51,624 nucleotides of DNA, from assembly GCA_028866935.1 (NCBI GenBank), contig JAGWHH010000001.1:1-51624 (forward strand). The letters are read 5' to 3'. Under the pieces are notes generated by a model that worked only from the letters and a program-made list of their open reading frames with translations, was not told where the DNA came from and searched no databases. The stretch comes from Candidatus Micrarchaeota archaeon. Its GTDB lineage: Archaea; Micrarchaeota; Micrarchaeia; Micrarchaeales; CABMGC01. The position numbers and the translations under genes were made by a program. Positions 29,601 through 37,534 of the stretch are shown here, piece after piece (position 1 is the stretch's first letter; each line of letters opens with the position of its first letter).

Positions 29601-29697
29601 AAACAGGATCCTCGTAGCAGGATACTCTGCAAACCAGACAGTGCAGGCAGGAAACCAGTTCATAAATGACTTGCTGCAGGCTGCAGGAAGCGTATAA
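26683..29697 (+). CDS. S-layer (glyco)protein
   Basis: Signal KRIAAVAA..., VVG..A..SD.V.AA.IAA S-layer N-domain and IVVG..YVNS...ILVAG....T..A C-domain; Thr/Ser/Asn/Gly-rich, strong codon bias. Confidence 0.9.
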   Translation: MKTINAKRIAAVAASLLMGLAFAGTGGVTWSNIPIINNQGQPVVQIVVGSTAQPSDGVVAANIAAVLGNLAFTSVNVTATPGGLSNVHCVVTTPTCTLTNQQVWFNEHGFSAPSGSYSFTALIGSVFNAGLTLGSPSNTKSLATSSSYGYPVTSTVALALSPQTSPYSGGPTPPYSQTVTASTNGGGMSSSGFGGTGFRSGQIDSMLEVTNSQLPALLNNWGSYGESSQLWITGEPVFDQASGVNNFAVFDAGGAYQVLFNKPIPYRTAGNAINNANIQFLGKNWTVLNYQLPGTSKWNSAVSATASASSSNAVLGGALSLAASLTPVQTIYVGHNVSSGGFTVSLTDLGQPNSGGTSQASINLYYNGTLTNTTQISPGNTTKFQVGSHTVYVKVNQTFAGLYAYQKWAKMQLYSNVFNITDNAALNTTNANGWTARLWWTNSTGSAGIDNELSSIVIYNTTPSSNPLLPGQSFTFVTPNMTNWKVSFVGSTLGNNFDPATFALSTTTTGYANNGAINGVHTPLANLTQQPTPELVVSSQIPNAFSYAGQVGGQLVYNLEPYQVQQVANGVASNGMTSGGSGVNKAVVTLTSTNGDANVVTATNPLTVTVTGYTTSTFAGGSSNTLSTNSVTFYGLPSGTNSIGLGENLYNVTNIYLSRVVPLVNANVVNYGTGIAGAANAIGNTMAVLSVQSPQLMYIQTSGQSNYHLTSGSTVSYNQQNGQPTETFSLSPVTPSSIFGSHQYFTYALTENAVPGSTSTSDMLEIGVFNNTAGIGTSPYFQLNTSLSNNRNNLTYVSSQSNQVNAPVGFYTERGTKVASISPSSVTLDLAKAVDTLQFVVGPTSGTSSNATSLTTQVGPVGVGQAVPGFANLTVSKVNATCAFSSTSCSVSGLSNLTATPSVTSAITPVAGGLNTATTPLAVLDSNANSASTLIVVGSKYVNSVAAQIFAQNSALNASFGPGSAPVVSAEGTNRILVAGYSANQTVQAGNQFINDLLQAAGSV

Positions 29698-29720
29698 CTG
29701 AACTAGTCGGCTTGGATTGT

Positions 29721-29772
29721 GTGAAGCCTTTTTGGCTTCACCTTCTTTCTTTTTCTTTTCCTTTTTCATTTT
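29721..29772 (+). terminator. Hairpin + pyrimidine tract terminator of the S-layer gene
   Basis: GTGAAGCC-TTTTT-GGCTTCAC followed by a long T/C tract. Confidence 0.75.
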
Positions 29773-29774
29773 AA

Positions 29775-29852
29775 TAAACTTTTAAGAAAAGTTTAATCAA
29801 AATCCAATCTTTTATCAAAAGCTTAACCAAAATTAGGGAAAAGTTTACAAAA
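29775..29852. repeat. AT-rich palindromic repeat cluster (AAACTTTT..AAAAGTTT..CAAAA, about 3 degenerate units)
   Basis: TAAACTTTT-AAG-AAAAGTTTA perfect IR, then AAAAGCTTAACCAAAA and AAAAGTTTACAAAA. Confidence 0.7.
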
Positions 29853-29854
29853 CT

Positions 29855-30380
29855 CTTGGCCTTTAGCCGGGCTCTGGCTTCGCGATAAAAAGGCAGCTAC
29901 TATCATGGAGAGGCGCTAAAGAGATAGATTCGCGCTTCAAGAGGCGTAAGGTCCTTACGTCAATGAGAGGACATAGCGTCCCTGATTTCACCTATAGTCC
30001 ATCATTCCAGCAGAGTCCTATGGATAGACAGCCGAGAGAGGGCAATAATGAACCTGGATTATGCCCAGAAATGCACTTCTATTGCCCATGAACCCTAAAG
30101 GGCGAACCTGCTCAATCCTGCTGCAGCAGTAATGGAGTTGGTTATAGCAGACAACGGTATTCGATCTGATCAAGGTCAAGGACCACGTAAAGGAATCAAT
30201 TTCCGCACATGAAAACACCGCCACTGCAACCAGCTACATACGTCGTGCACGTAGCCGCTATATGAACATGGATGACTGGGATAGATGCTCCCTAATGCCC
30301 TTAAACAGCCCCGAGGCCCAGCTTGCCTGTCATACCCCAATATCTCGAACTTCTTTGCCTTCACCGCCCCCCTGACCAAG
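29855..30380 (-). ncRNA. Candidate large structured RNA with RNase P-like P1/P2/P4 topology (uncertain)
   Basis: 3' end CAGAGCCCGGCTAA resembles the RNase P CR-V; long-range pairings in the correct order; no long ORF. CR-I match is poor and the length is atypical. Confidence 0.3.
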
Positions 30381-30508
30381 GATCCTATTAAAGCATTCCT
30401 TACAGAGTCGTTGTCAAGCGAGTCGCAAAAGAGCCGCCCAATGGTAGTAGGGGATAACGCGCCACAGTAAGTAAAATCTCAAACCGGTTCAGAAGCAAAT
30501 ATGTATAT

Positions 30509-31129
30509 TTAAGATACTAATCCGTCTCTAAGCAGCTGTCTGAACGCCTTTCTTGGTATATTTACGGTATTATACCCATGCTCAGCGCTTTCGGCGGTTG
30601 GATATAAATACACCCGCACCCTTCTGGATATGTCCAAGTGCTCGATTAATTCTATGGGACATGCATCTGTTTTTAACTGTTCAGTTAAACTTGCAGGTCT
30701 TCCAACACCTTTTTCTGTTAATTGTTTTAAAATATCAGGATCAGAAAACCTAAACTCAGTAGTTACCAATGCTCTGCCAAGCAATTCGTCGAAAAATATG
30801 ACCCCAATATGTAATGTACCCTTAGCAAGGATCGACTCTTGATACCTGGTCACAGAAAAAGCCCGCGCACCTCCTTCTGGTTTAACTTGATCTGGAGCAA
30901 GGCTTTCCAATATTTTTTGTAATTTCTGCGGGTTAAAAGTTGGATGCTCAGTAGCTACATGAAAGTCAACTTCCTCTGCCCACATCCTTCTGCCTAGATC
31001 AAAATAGGGTTGCGTATCAATTCTCTTCGACACTATCTCAATATCCGGACGTCTTTCTAGATGAAACTCTACCAAATCAAGTTTAGTTTTCCTTGTTGCT
31101 TGCGCTCCAACCATTTTATCATCAATCAA
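30509..31129 (-). CDS. Hypothetical orphan protein (AT-richer than neighbours)
   Basis: 206-aa ORF; start TTG or the following ATG. Confidence 0.6.
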   Translation of the reverse strand: MIDDKMVGAQATRKTKLDLVEFHLERRPDIEIVSKRIDTQPYFDLGRRMWAEEVDFHVATEHPTFNPQKLQKILESLAPDQVKPEGGARAFSVTRYQESILAKGTLHIGVIFFDELLGRALVTTEFRFSDPDILKQLTEKGVGRPASLTEQLKTDACPIELIEHLDISRRVRVYLYPTAESAEHGYNTVNIPRKAFRQLLRDGLVS

Positions 31130-31275
31130 ATGTTATTTTTCTGATATAAAAAGCAATCGCTCCTTTAAAAAGCTACGGATCAACACCAACTCGTTTTACG
31201 TCGTGCAAAGCCCCTAATCGTTTGCAAATATTTATAAGCTTCTACATTCAAAGTTAAAATCAAAATGGGTCTGAA

Positions 31276-33399
31276 ATGCATAGATTATTCTACGCCTTCG
31301 TAGCTTTATCCATCCTCAACGCAGTAATCTATGCTCAGTCCTACAACCAGTCATTGAATCTTCTTGCCCAAAGCTATTCTGCTCCGTCTGTAAACACGCT
31401 ACTGCAAGGATACAACATATCCAATACCATAATAGCGTCTCTGATATACACTAAGGTAAACTTCAGTGGCAACACCTATCTTCTTGCATCTCTTAGCGGC
31501 AGGCCATCATTGCTGATAAATACAACAGGAAGCGTCTATTCACTCGTACTTAATACCGGGCAGGTAAGCAGCATAATAGGCCCTGGCATAATCCAGTCAA
31601 GCCTCAAGCAGATAAACACCACATATCTTACGGTAGCGATGCAGAAGTACAACGCGTCATCTTCAGGACCGCTCAACCGATGCCTTGAATCTACCGGATT
31701 GTCGACGGGTGCAACCTGCACGTACGCAAACAACTGCCAGGCATGCACTCAGATACCTGCGTGCGGAGGAGTAACTAGGGCAAACTTCCAGAGCGCATTC
31801 TACGCTACTGGAGGTATATACGGGCCACTTGCGGCAGGAATAATGCAGTTAGAGGCCGAATATGCAAACCTGACCAAGAACTTTTCAAGGTACTACTCAA
31901 GCGTGCGCACACTTAATGCAAGCAATGCGCAGACTAATGTTGGATTAATCGAGGCGTCATTCAGCAATATATCGACGATAACAAGCAACATTTACCAGAA
32001 CCCGATATTCCCTCCTCCACAAACTGCAGACTACAATCAATGCAGCGGAGTTGGCGCAGGTACAGGCAATGTCCCTACATCTGGGCCATGGTACTGCTCT
32101 TCATTGGGCTTCTGCGAATTTCTTACATACAACTACACGCTACTGGGCAACATCCAGTCATATCTTGGCAGCATTGAGGCGCTCCCCCTGTCACAGTCGC
32201 AGGTAAGCCAGACTGCAACAAACATCACCGAATTCGAGTCAACTTATGCGGCACCAATCCTTAACCAAAAGGAGCACGAACAGGCGTTGGGAATTGCAAA
32301 TACTGTCCTTCCCGGCTACAATTCCTTTGTATCGGGATCACAGGCTCTTCTTACCCACATATCAAACACGCTGTTGCAAAGCTCTCTTTCAAGGCTACAG
32401 GCGAACTACACGCTTCTGACAACTAACTACGCTTCAGCAAACCTCATCGCATTAAACAGCACGCTGATAAAGCAGTTTGCTGCTCTAAAGTCTATATACT
32501 CTAGCCTTAACACGACCTATTCATCAACGGTATTCCTTGCTCAGAACAACACTGTAAGGCTCATAGATCTGCAGGCCGGAAACTACAATCCATCGCCGCA
32601 GCTCACTGCCCTAAGCTTCAGGGAGCAGATCCTCAACACTCAGGTTAACGGAAAGGTCAGCAATCTCTCTGCAATGAATGCGCAGCTCATGTCGGTGAAT
32701 CGGCAAAGCAGCACAATATCCAACAATCCAAGCATAAGCCAATTAGCTGTAAGGGCGATATCCGCACCTATTGCATCTGCAATATTTGCTTCAATGGCAA
32801 CGCCTTATTCAACCGCAGTACGCAATGCCCCACTGCTATCGATAATACCTTCAGTAATACTGGGAATACTTATCCTTGCACTGCTCCTGCGCTTCCAGCA
32901 TGGCCTGAAGAAGAGGCAGCGCCTTAGCCTTAACAAGCGCACGGAGAATAACTGGAAGATACTCTTCGTAGTGGTAATAGTGTTGGTCATTCTATTCATA
33001 GGAGGCACATATGTCGCGGCATCTGATGCAAACGCACAGGCGCCACTTGCAACATTTACAAACGCGATACAGAATGCGAATTCGGTAATAATTGCAATCA
33101 ATGGCACTTCGAGCAATTCCACAGTCTCCTGCGCAGCAAGCATAAAGTCCACCCTTCTCTCAATGCACAAGCAAGTCCAGACAATAACCATAAGCGCAAT
33201 ATCATGCAATAACGGGCAGCCCCTTGAGACTACGGACAAGTGCCTTTCATACTATGCAAACAACCGCATACCCGTCATAATACTTAGTAGCGGCACTGCG
33301 GATTCAATAACTGCGTATTCGTACTACGGGAGCATTCTCAGCGTCACCGGGGATGCGCAGTTCATGAATACCTGCGTAGCCTCAAGCATTATTAGATAA
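31276..33399 (+). CDS. Large secreted/membrane protein with Cys cluster, two TMs and C-terminal extracellular domain
   Basis: Signal peptide, C-rich segment, TM-basic loop-TM, many sequons. Confidence 0.8.
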   Translation: MHRLFYAFVALSILNAVIYAQSYNQSLNLLAQSYSAPSVNTLLQGYNISNTIIASLIYTKVNFSGNTYLLASLSGRPSLLINTTGSVYSLVLNTGQVSSIIGPGIIQSSLKQINTTYLTVAMQKYNASSSGPLNRCLESTGLSTGATCTYANNCQACTQIPACGGVTRANFQSAFYATGGIYGPLAAGIMQLEAEYANLTKNFSRYYSSVRTLNASNAQTNVGLIEASFSNISTITSNIYQNPIFPPPQTADYNQCSGVGAGTGNVPTSGPWYCSSLGFCEFLTYNYTLLGNIQSYLGSIEALPLSQSQVSQTATNITEFESTYAAPILNQKEHEQALGIANTVLPGYNSFVSGSQALLTHISNTLLQSSLSRLQANYTLLTTNYASANLIALNSTLIKQFAALKSIYSSLNTTYSSTVFLAQNNTVRLIDLQAGNYNPSPQLTALSFREQILNTQVNGKVSNLSAMNAQLMSVNRQSSTISNNPSISQLAVRAISAPIASAIFASMATPYSTAVRNAPLLSIIPSVILGILILALLLRFQHGLKKRQRLSLNKRTENNWKILFVVVIVLVILFIGGTYVAASDANAQAPLATFTNAIQNANSVIIAINGTSSNSTVSCAASIKSTLLSMHKQVQTITISAISCNNGQPLETTDKCLSYYANNRIPVIILSSGTADSITAYSYYGSILSVTGDAQFMNTCVASSIIR

Positions 33400-33400
33400 G

Positions 33401-34000
33401 GTGGGCAACTTGGCTGACAAGGAGAAGCAGAAAGAGAAAGACGGTAAAAAGGCTAAAGGCAGCCCCTCCAAGTCAGAGAAAAGCGGCAGCAGCAAGGCGC
33501 AGGGCAAAAACCAGGGACACAGGCTCATACTTGCAGCGATAATCCTAATGGTAATAATCGCAGTGCTTGTTGTAGTGCTGTCGCCTTCTTCAGGGTTTGC
33601 GCCTACGGTTCCGTTCTCTACCTTCAGGTCAAGCCTGCAGACGGCAAACAGGATAAGCGTTACTGTAACCTACTCAAACCAGAGCCAGTATGCAAACGAG
33701 AGCCTATGCTTCACGTCAATGCTAGAAGTAATATCCCATAACCGAAAGCCATCAACAATAGACTTCTACATAATCGACAACAAGACGGCAACATGCACCT
33801 ATTCTACTACCGGTTTTGGCGGTTCGGTTAATCCCGTTACTACAAATTCAACATACTGCCTGGGCAAGGCGTACGCAGAGGACGGGCTATTCCTGAATTA
33901 CAGCAACTTCAATTCAACAAGGATATATTCTAACCGCATGTACGTTTATGGAAATAACGCCTATATGGCGCAATGCCCAATTGCTGTAGAACTAAGCTGA
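33401..34000 (+). CDS. Membrane-anchored protein paralogous to the C-domain of the upstream gene
   Basis: Lys-rich N-tail, TM, then a P.STF...Q.AN and G...YM..C domain with 4 Cys. Confidence 0.75.
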   Translation: MGNLADKEKQKEKDGKKAKGSPSKSEKSGSSKAQGKNQGHRLILAAIILMVIIAVLVVVLSPSSGFAPTVPFSTFRSSLQTANRISVTVTYSNQSQYANESLCFTSMLEVISHNRKPSTIDFYIIDNKTATCTYSTTGFGGSVNPVTTNSTYCLGKAYAEDGLFLNYSNFNSTRIYSNRMYVYGNNAYMAQCPIAVELS

Positions 34001-34447
34001 TGTGCCTACCGGAAGCGGGGTGTCCTGGCTTATTATCGGTATTGTTATCTCCTTTGGAAGTATTGAGTCAAGAACCCTGTTTATCTCAAAGGCCTTCTTC
34101 ATTGTGACGTTGTAGTTCTTTCCGCCCTTGTTAAACTCGTTTAGCTTTATGAAGTACCAGCCTTTGTTGCTTATCCTCCACGCAACAAACGTCCTCGAAG
34201 TGGTATTGCGTTCCCAATCAATCAGCTTCTGGAACTGCTCAGGCTCTATCGAGAGGCTGCCGCGGTCCCAGGCCTTGCATTCAATTGCAAAGCAGACCTC
34301 TCCTTTAAGGGCGAGTATGTCAGGGCCCAAAGCATTCACTCCGCTGCCTGCAGCACGCACAACAGAAAATCCAAGATCAGCAAATTTGTTAAGCAGTTCT
34401 CGCTCAGAGCGAGCACCCTTCATATACCTTCGCAAACCGATCACCAA
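33992..34447 (-). CDS. hjc: Holliday junction resolvase Hjc
   Basis: KGARSERELL, GFSVVRAAGSG, PDILA, IECK. Confidence 0.93.
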   Translation of the reverse strand: MVIGLRRYMKGARSERELLNKFADLGFSVVRAAGSGVNALGPDILALKGEVCFAIECKAWDRGSLSIEPEQFQKLIDWERNTTSRTFVAWRISNKGWYFIKLNEFNKGGKNYNVTMKKAFEINRVLDSILPKEITIPIISQDTPLPVGTSA

Positions 34448-34659
34448 ACACTATTTGAAACTTCTACTCTTAATAAGTTTTGCTAAACGCCAGGTCCATT
34501 TCGGTCTACAACTGTTTGAAAATGCAGTTAACGCACGCAAGATTGCATCCGCAGTAAGCAGACACGCACTGCAGGACAAAAAACCAAATACCTGCAACAA
34601 CGCTTTATGGCGTCGTTATACATTAAACTTATTAAACTTCTTATTCTAAGATATTATTA

Positions 34660-34769
34660 GAAACAGTTGACTAATGGGTGTGACTATGATAATTTATACT
34701 TATCCGACTACAAAAGCAAATAAAGGCCGCGAGTCGCAAAGCCGCACGCTACTTTAAGTCAGCTGTTCC
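34660..34769 (+). ncRNA. Putative structured leader/sRNA upstream of dnaG
   Basis: 11-bp closing stem AACAGTTGACT/AGTCAGCTGTT starting about 25 nt after TATA-like TTATTAAA (34629-34636); internal G-U-rich hairpins. Confidence 0.5.
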
Positions 34770-34872
34770 TAAAAAGTGGTAAACATGCGCGCAGCAAAGG
34801 CATTACGAGTTGATTTGCCAATGATCTGGCTAGCCTCGCATTGTTTTGCATCATATTCAAACAGGTAATCTT

Positions 34873-36261
34873 ATGGCTAAAACGTATCTAGAAATCGTAA
34901 AGTACATGGTAGAGGCAAAGTTCAACATAGAGGGCTTAGTTGACAAGCCTGACATAATCGGAGCGGTATTCGGACAGACCGAAGGGCTGCTTGGAAACGA
35001 CCTTGACCTAAGGGAACTGCAGAAGAACGGAAAGATAGGCAGAATAGAGATAGAAGTAAATCAGTCATCCAACAAGACGTTTGGAAAGCTATTTCTTCCG
35101 GCATCGCTGGACAGGGTAGAGACTTGCATACTTGCAGCTGCTGTAGAAGCGGTTGACAGAGTAGGGCCTTACGAGGCAATATTCTCGGTTGACAAGGTAG
35201 AGGATACAAGGTCAGAGAAGAGGAGAAAGATACTTAACAGGGCAAAGGAGCTGGTAAAGAAGCTCATGACAAGCGGAGGAATGCCTGACAGCAAGGAAAT
35301 CTCAGAACTTGTGCAGGCAGACGTAAGGGCAAGCGAGATCACTGAATACGGGCCTGAGAAGCTTGCAGCAGGACCAGACATCGCAACTAGCGAAGAAGTG
35401 ATAGTTGTAGAAGGAAGGGCAGACGTCCTTAACCTGCTAAGGAATGACATAACCAATGCAATAGCAGTCGGAGGGGCAACAAACAACATACCAAGATCTA
35501 TAGTAGACTTGATGAACCAGAAGGACTCGACTTTGTTCCTTGACGGAGACAGGGGAGGCGACATGATTGCAAGGTCAATACTCAACGTTGCCGAAGTCGA
35601 CTACATAGCCAGGGCGCCTGATGGAAAAGAGGTAGAAGATCTTACAAGAAAGGAGATAATCAAATCAATAAGGACGCGTATACCTACTGACCAGTACAAA
35701 GGCCTGGGAGGCGTAAACCAGCAGCGCAGGGAGCAGCAGCAAAGAAGGCAGGAACCGCAGCCGCAGCAAAGGCCACAACAGACGTATCAGCAGCAACCCG
35801 TGCAGAAGCCTGAGATGCCGACGCAGCAGCCAAAAGCCACGCCGCAGGTCGATGAGGATGACAGTTCAGATCTTCCTAGGATAGACCAGACTAGCTACGA
35901 GCCAGCATCCACACTGGGCAGGATGCCAGCCCAAGAGGCAGCAAGCAACCCTGTTTTGCAGGCGCAGGTGCTATCACAGATATCTGTGGGACTGGATGAG
36001 CTTTCAGGAACACTCAGGTCACGCCTCTATGATAATGCAGGAAACGTGATTAAAGAAGTGCCGATCAGAGAGCTGCTTTCAGAAGTGGACTACTCAAAAG
36101 GGGCATATGCAATAGTTCTTGACGGGGTCATAACGCAAAGGCTCGTTGAGCTGGCGCTGCAGAAGGGGATAAAGGCAATATACGGCCAGAAGGCAAACCC
36201 TCTTACAAGGAAGTTCCACGACATAGTGCTTTACACAAAGGAGCAGGGAACAATATCCTGA
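34873..36261 (+). CDS. dnaG: Archaeal DnaG (TOPRIM, exosome-associated primase homolog)
   Basis: PDIIGAVFGQTEGLLG..LDLRELQK.GKIGRI, VEGRADV, DGDRGG, APDGKEVE; Q/P-rich linker. Confidence 0.95.
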   Translation: MAKTYLEIVKYMVEAKFNIEGLVDKPDIIGAVFGQTEGLLGNDLDLRELQKNGKIGRIEIEVNQSSNKTFGKLFLPASLDRVETCILAAAVEAVDRVGPYEAIFSVDKVEDTRSEKRRKILNRAKELVKKLMTSGGMPDSKEISELVQADVRASEITEYGPEKLAAGPDIATSEEVIVVEGRADVLNLLRNDITNAIAVGGATNNIPRSIVDLMNQKDSTLFLDGDRGGDMIARSILNVAEVDYIARAPDGKEVEDLTRKEIIKSIRTRIPTDQYKGLGGVNQQRREQQQRRQEPQPQQRPQQTYQQQPVQKPEMPTQQPKATPQVDEDDSSDLPRIDQTSYEPASTLGRMPAQEAASNPVLQAQVLSQISVGLDELSGTLRSRLYDNAGNVIKEVPIRELLSEVDYSKGAYAIVLDGVITQRLVELALQKGIKAIYGQKANPLTRKFHDIVLYTKEQGTIS

Positions 36262-36316
36262 AGCGAACAGTGCCAGGGCGCACGCGTCTTCCTTAGAAGG
36301 GAAGGGAGGCATAAGC

Positions 36317-37534
36317 ATGTTTTTATTCGGAAGTAAGGGTGCAGATAAGATACCTAGCGCCGAGCTCATGCAGCTCCTAAATTCGATATTCAACAAGAGG
36401 TTCGCGCAGCTTGAGTCAAGGGCAGCAGGCATAACTCTCCAGCTCACAAAAGAGAAGGAGAGGTTCGCAATGTCATGCGATAATTTTGAGAGGCTGAATG
36501 CGGAGCCATACACAGAGGATTTATGGAATCCTAACATAAACGCAATAAATAGCCAGAAAGCTGCATACTCGACCAAGCTCAGGAATCTGGTATCAGAGAT
36601 GGACCTGTCCACGCAAGACGCACTGGATGTATACTCAAGGTACAGAGATATCCTTCTGGCCGTAGATGATGCTACAGAAAAGATCCTTAAGGCAAACGCA
36701 GACTTCAAGATCGTCCTTTACTGCTATTCAAACCATCTTAGGGAGTTTAAGAAGTCATTCTCTTCCATAGAGCAGCTAAGAGATACGCTCAAGAAGGAGC
36801 TTGAGTCAAGGGCTGCGGACTACGAAATATACTACAGGATATGCAGCAACATCTCAAGACTGCATCAGCATACCGAGGAGCTTGAGCTCCTTAATGGCAG
36901 CATAAGCGCCCTCTGTGAAACTTCTGGTAGCATAGACGAGAGTTCAATAGGGAGGGAGGAGGCCGAGGTATCCAGGAAGATCTCAGAAAAGGCCAAAGAG
37001 CTTCAGGCTGCAGCCGCACAGATATCAGACCTGTCTAACTCAATAAACATGCTCGTTGCACCGCTCAGGAAGGCATCAAGGAAGTTCGACCACGCCTCAG
37101 GAAGGAAGATACATATCACAGATTTCATTGAGGACCCGATAAATACCATAAAAGGCAAAGAGGATTATGACAGGTTCATTGATCTTGTCTTGGACCTAAA
37201 GAAATATGTCGATGCGGATTCCAGCGATGTGAAAAACAGGGAAAGCACCATTGCCTCGATAACTGCGCTGGCAGCTTCAGATATGCTCTCTGACATAAAT
37301 GGCCTTGAAGGCATGAAATCAAGAAAGCGTGCGATAGAAAGCGAGATAAGGGATCTTGAAAGGATAATGGACGGGCTGAAAGAGGGAAGAAGCGGCATAG
37401 CCAGTTCTGCGCACGAGATGGAGCGCATGCACAAGGCAGCAGAAGAGTTGGAAAGGTCAAGGATAAAGCTCAAAGAACAAATTGAGAAAGAGTTCCTTGA
37501 CAATTACAGCAAGAAGATATCAATAATCATGTGA
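36317..37534 (+). CDS. Hypothetical coiled-coil protein
   Basis: 405 aa, E/K/L-rich heptad pattern; SD GGAGG. Confidence 0.75.
   Translation: MFLFGSKGADKIPSAELMQLLNSIFNKRFAQLESRAAGITLQLTKEKERFAMSCDNFERLNAEPYTEDLWNPNINAINSQKAAYSTKLRNLVSEMDLSTQDALDVYSRYRDILLAVDDATEKILKANADFKIVLYCYSNHLREFKKSFSSIEQLRDTLKKELESRAADYEIYYRICSNISRLHQHTEELELLNGSISALCETSGSIDESSIGREEAEVSRKISEKAKELQAAAAQISDLSNSINMLVAPLRKASRKFDHASGRKIHITDFIEDPINTIKGKEDYDRFIDLVLDLKKYVDADSSDVKNRESTIASITALAASDMLSDINGLEGMKSRKRAIESEIRDLERIMDGLKEGRSGIASSAHEMERMHKAAEELERSRIKLKEQIEKEFLDNYSKKISIIM

Noticed and set aside
29775..29852. Possible CRISPR array
   Set aside because: Units are degenerate, spacers under 10 nt, no cas genes
30018..30470. 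Short ORFs of 61-68 aa on both strands
   Set aside because: No SD or motifs, mutually overlapping; not credible as intact genes
34128..34649. 173-aa plus-strand ORF
   Set aside because: Antisense shadow of hjc extending into the promoter region
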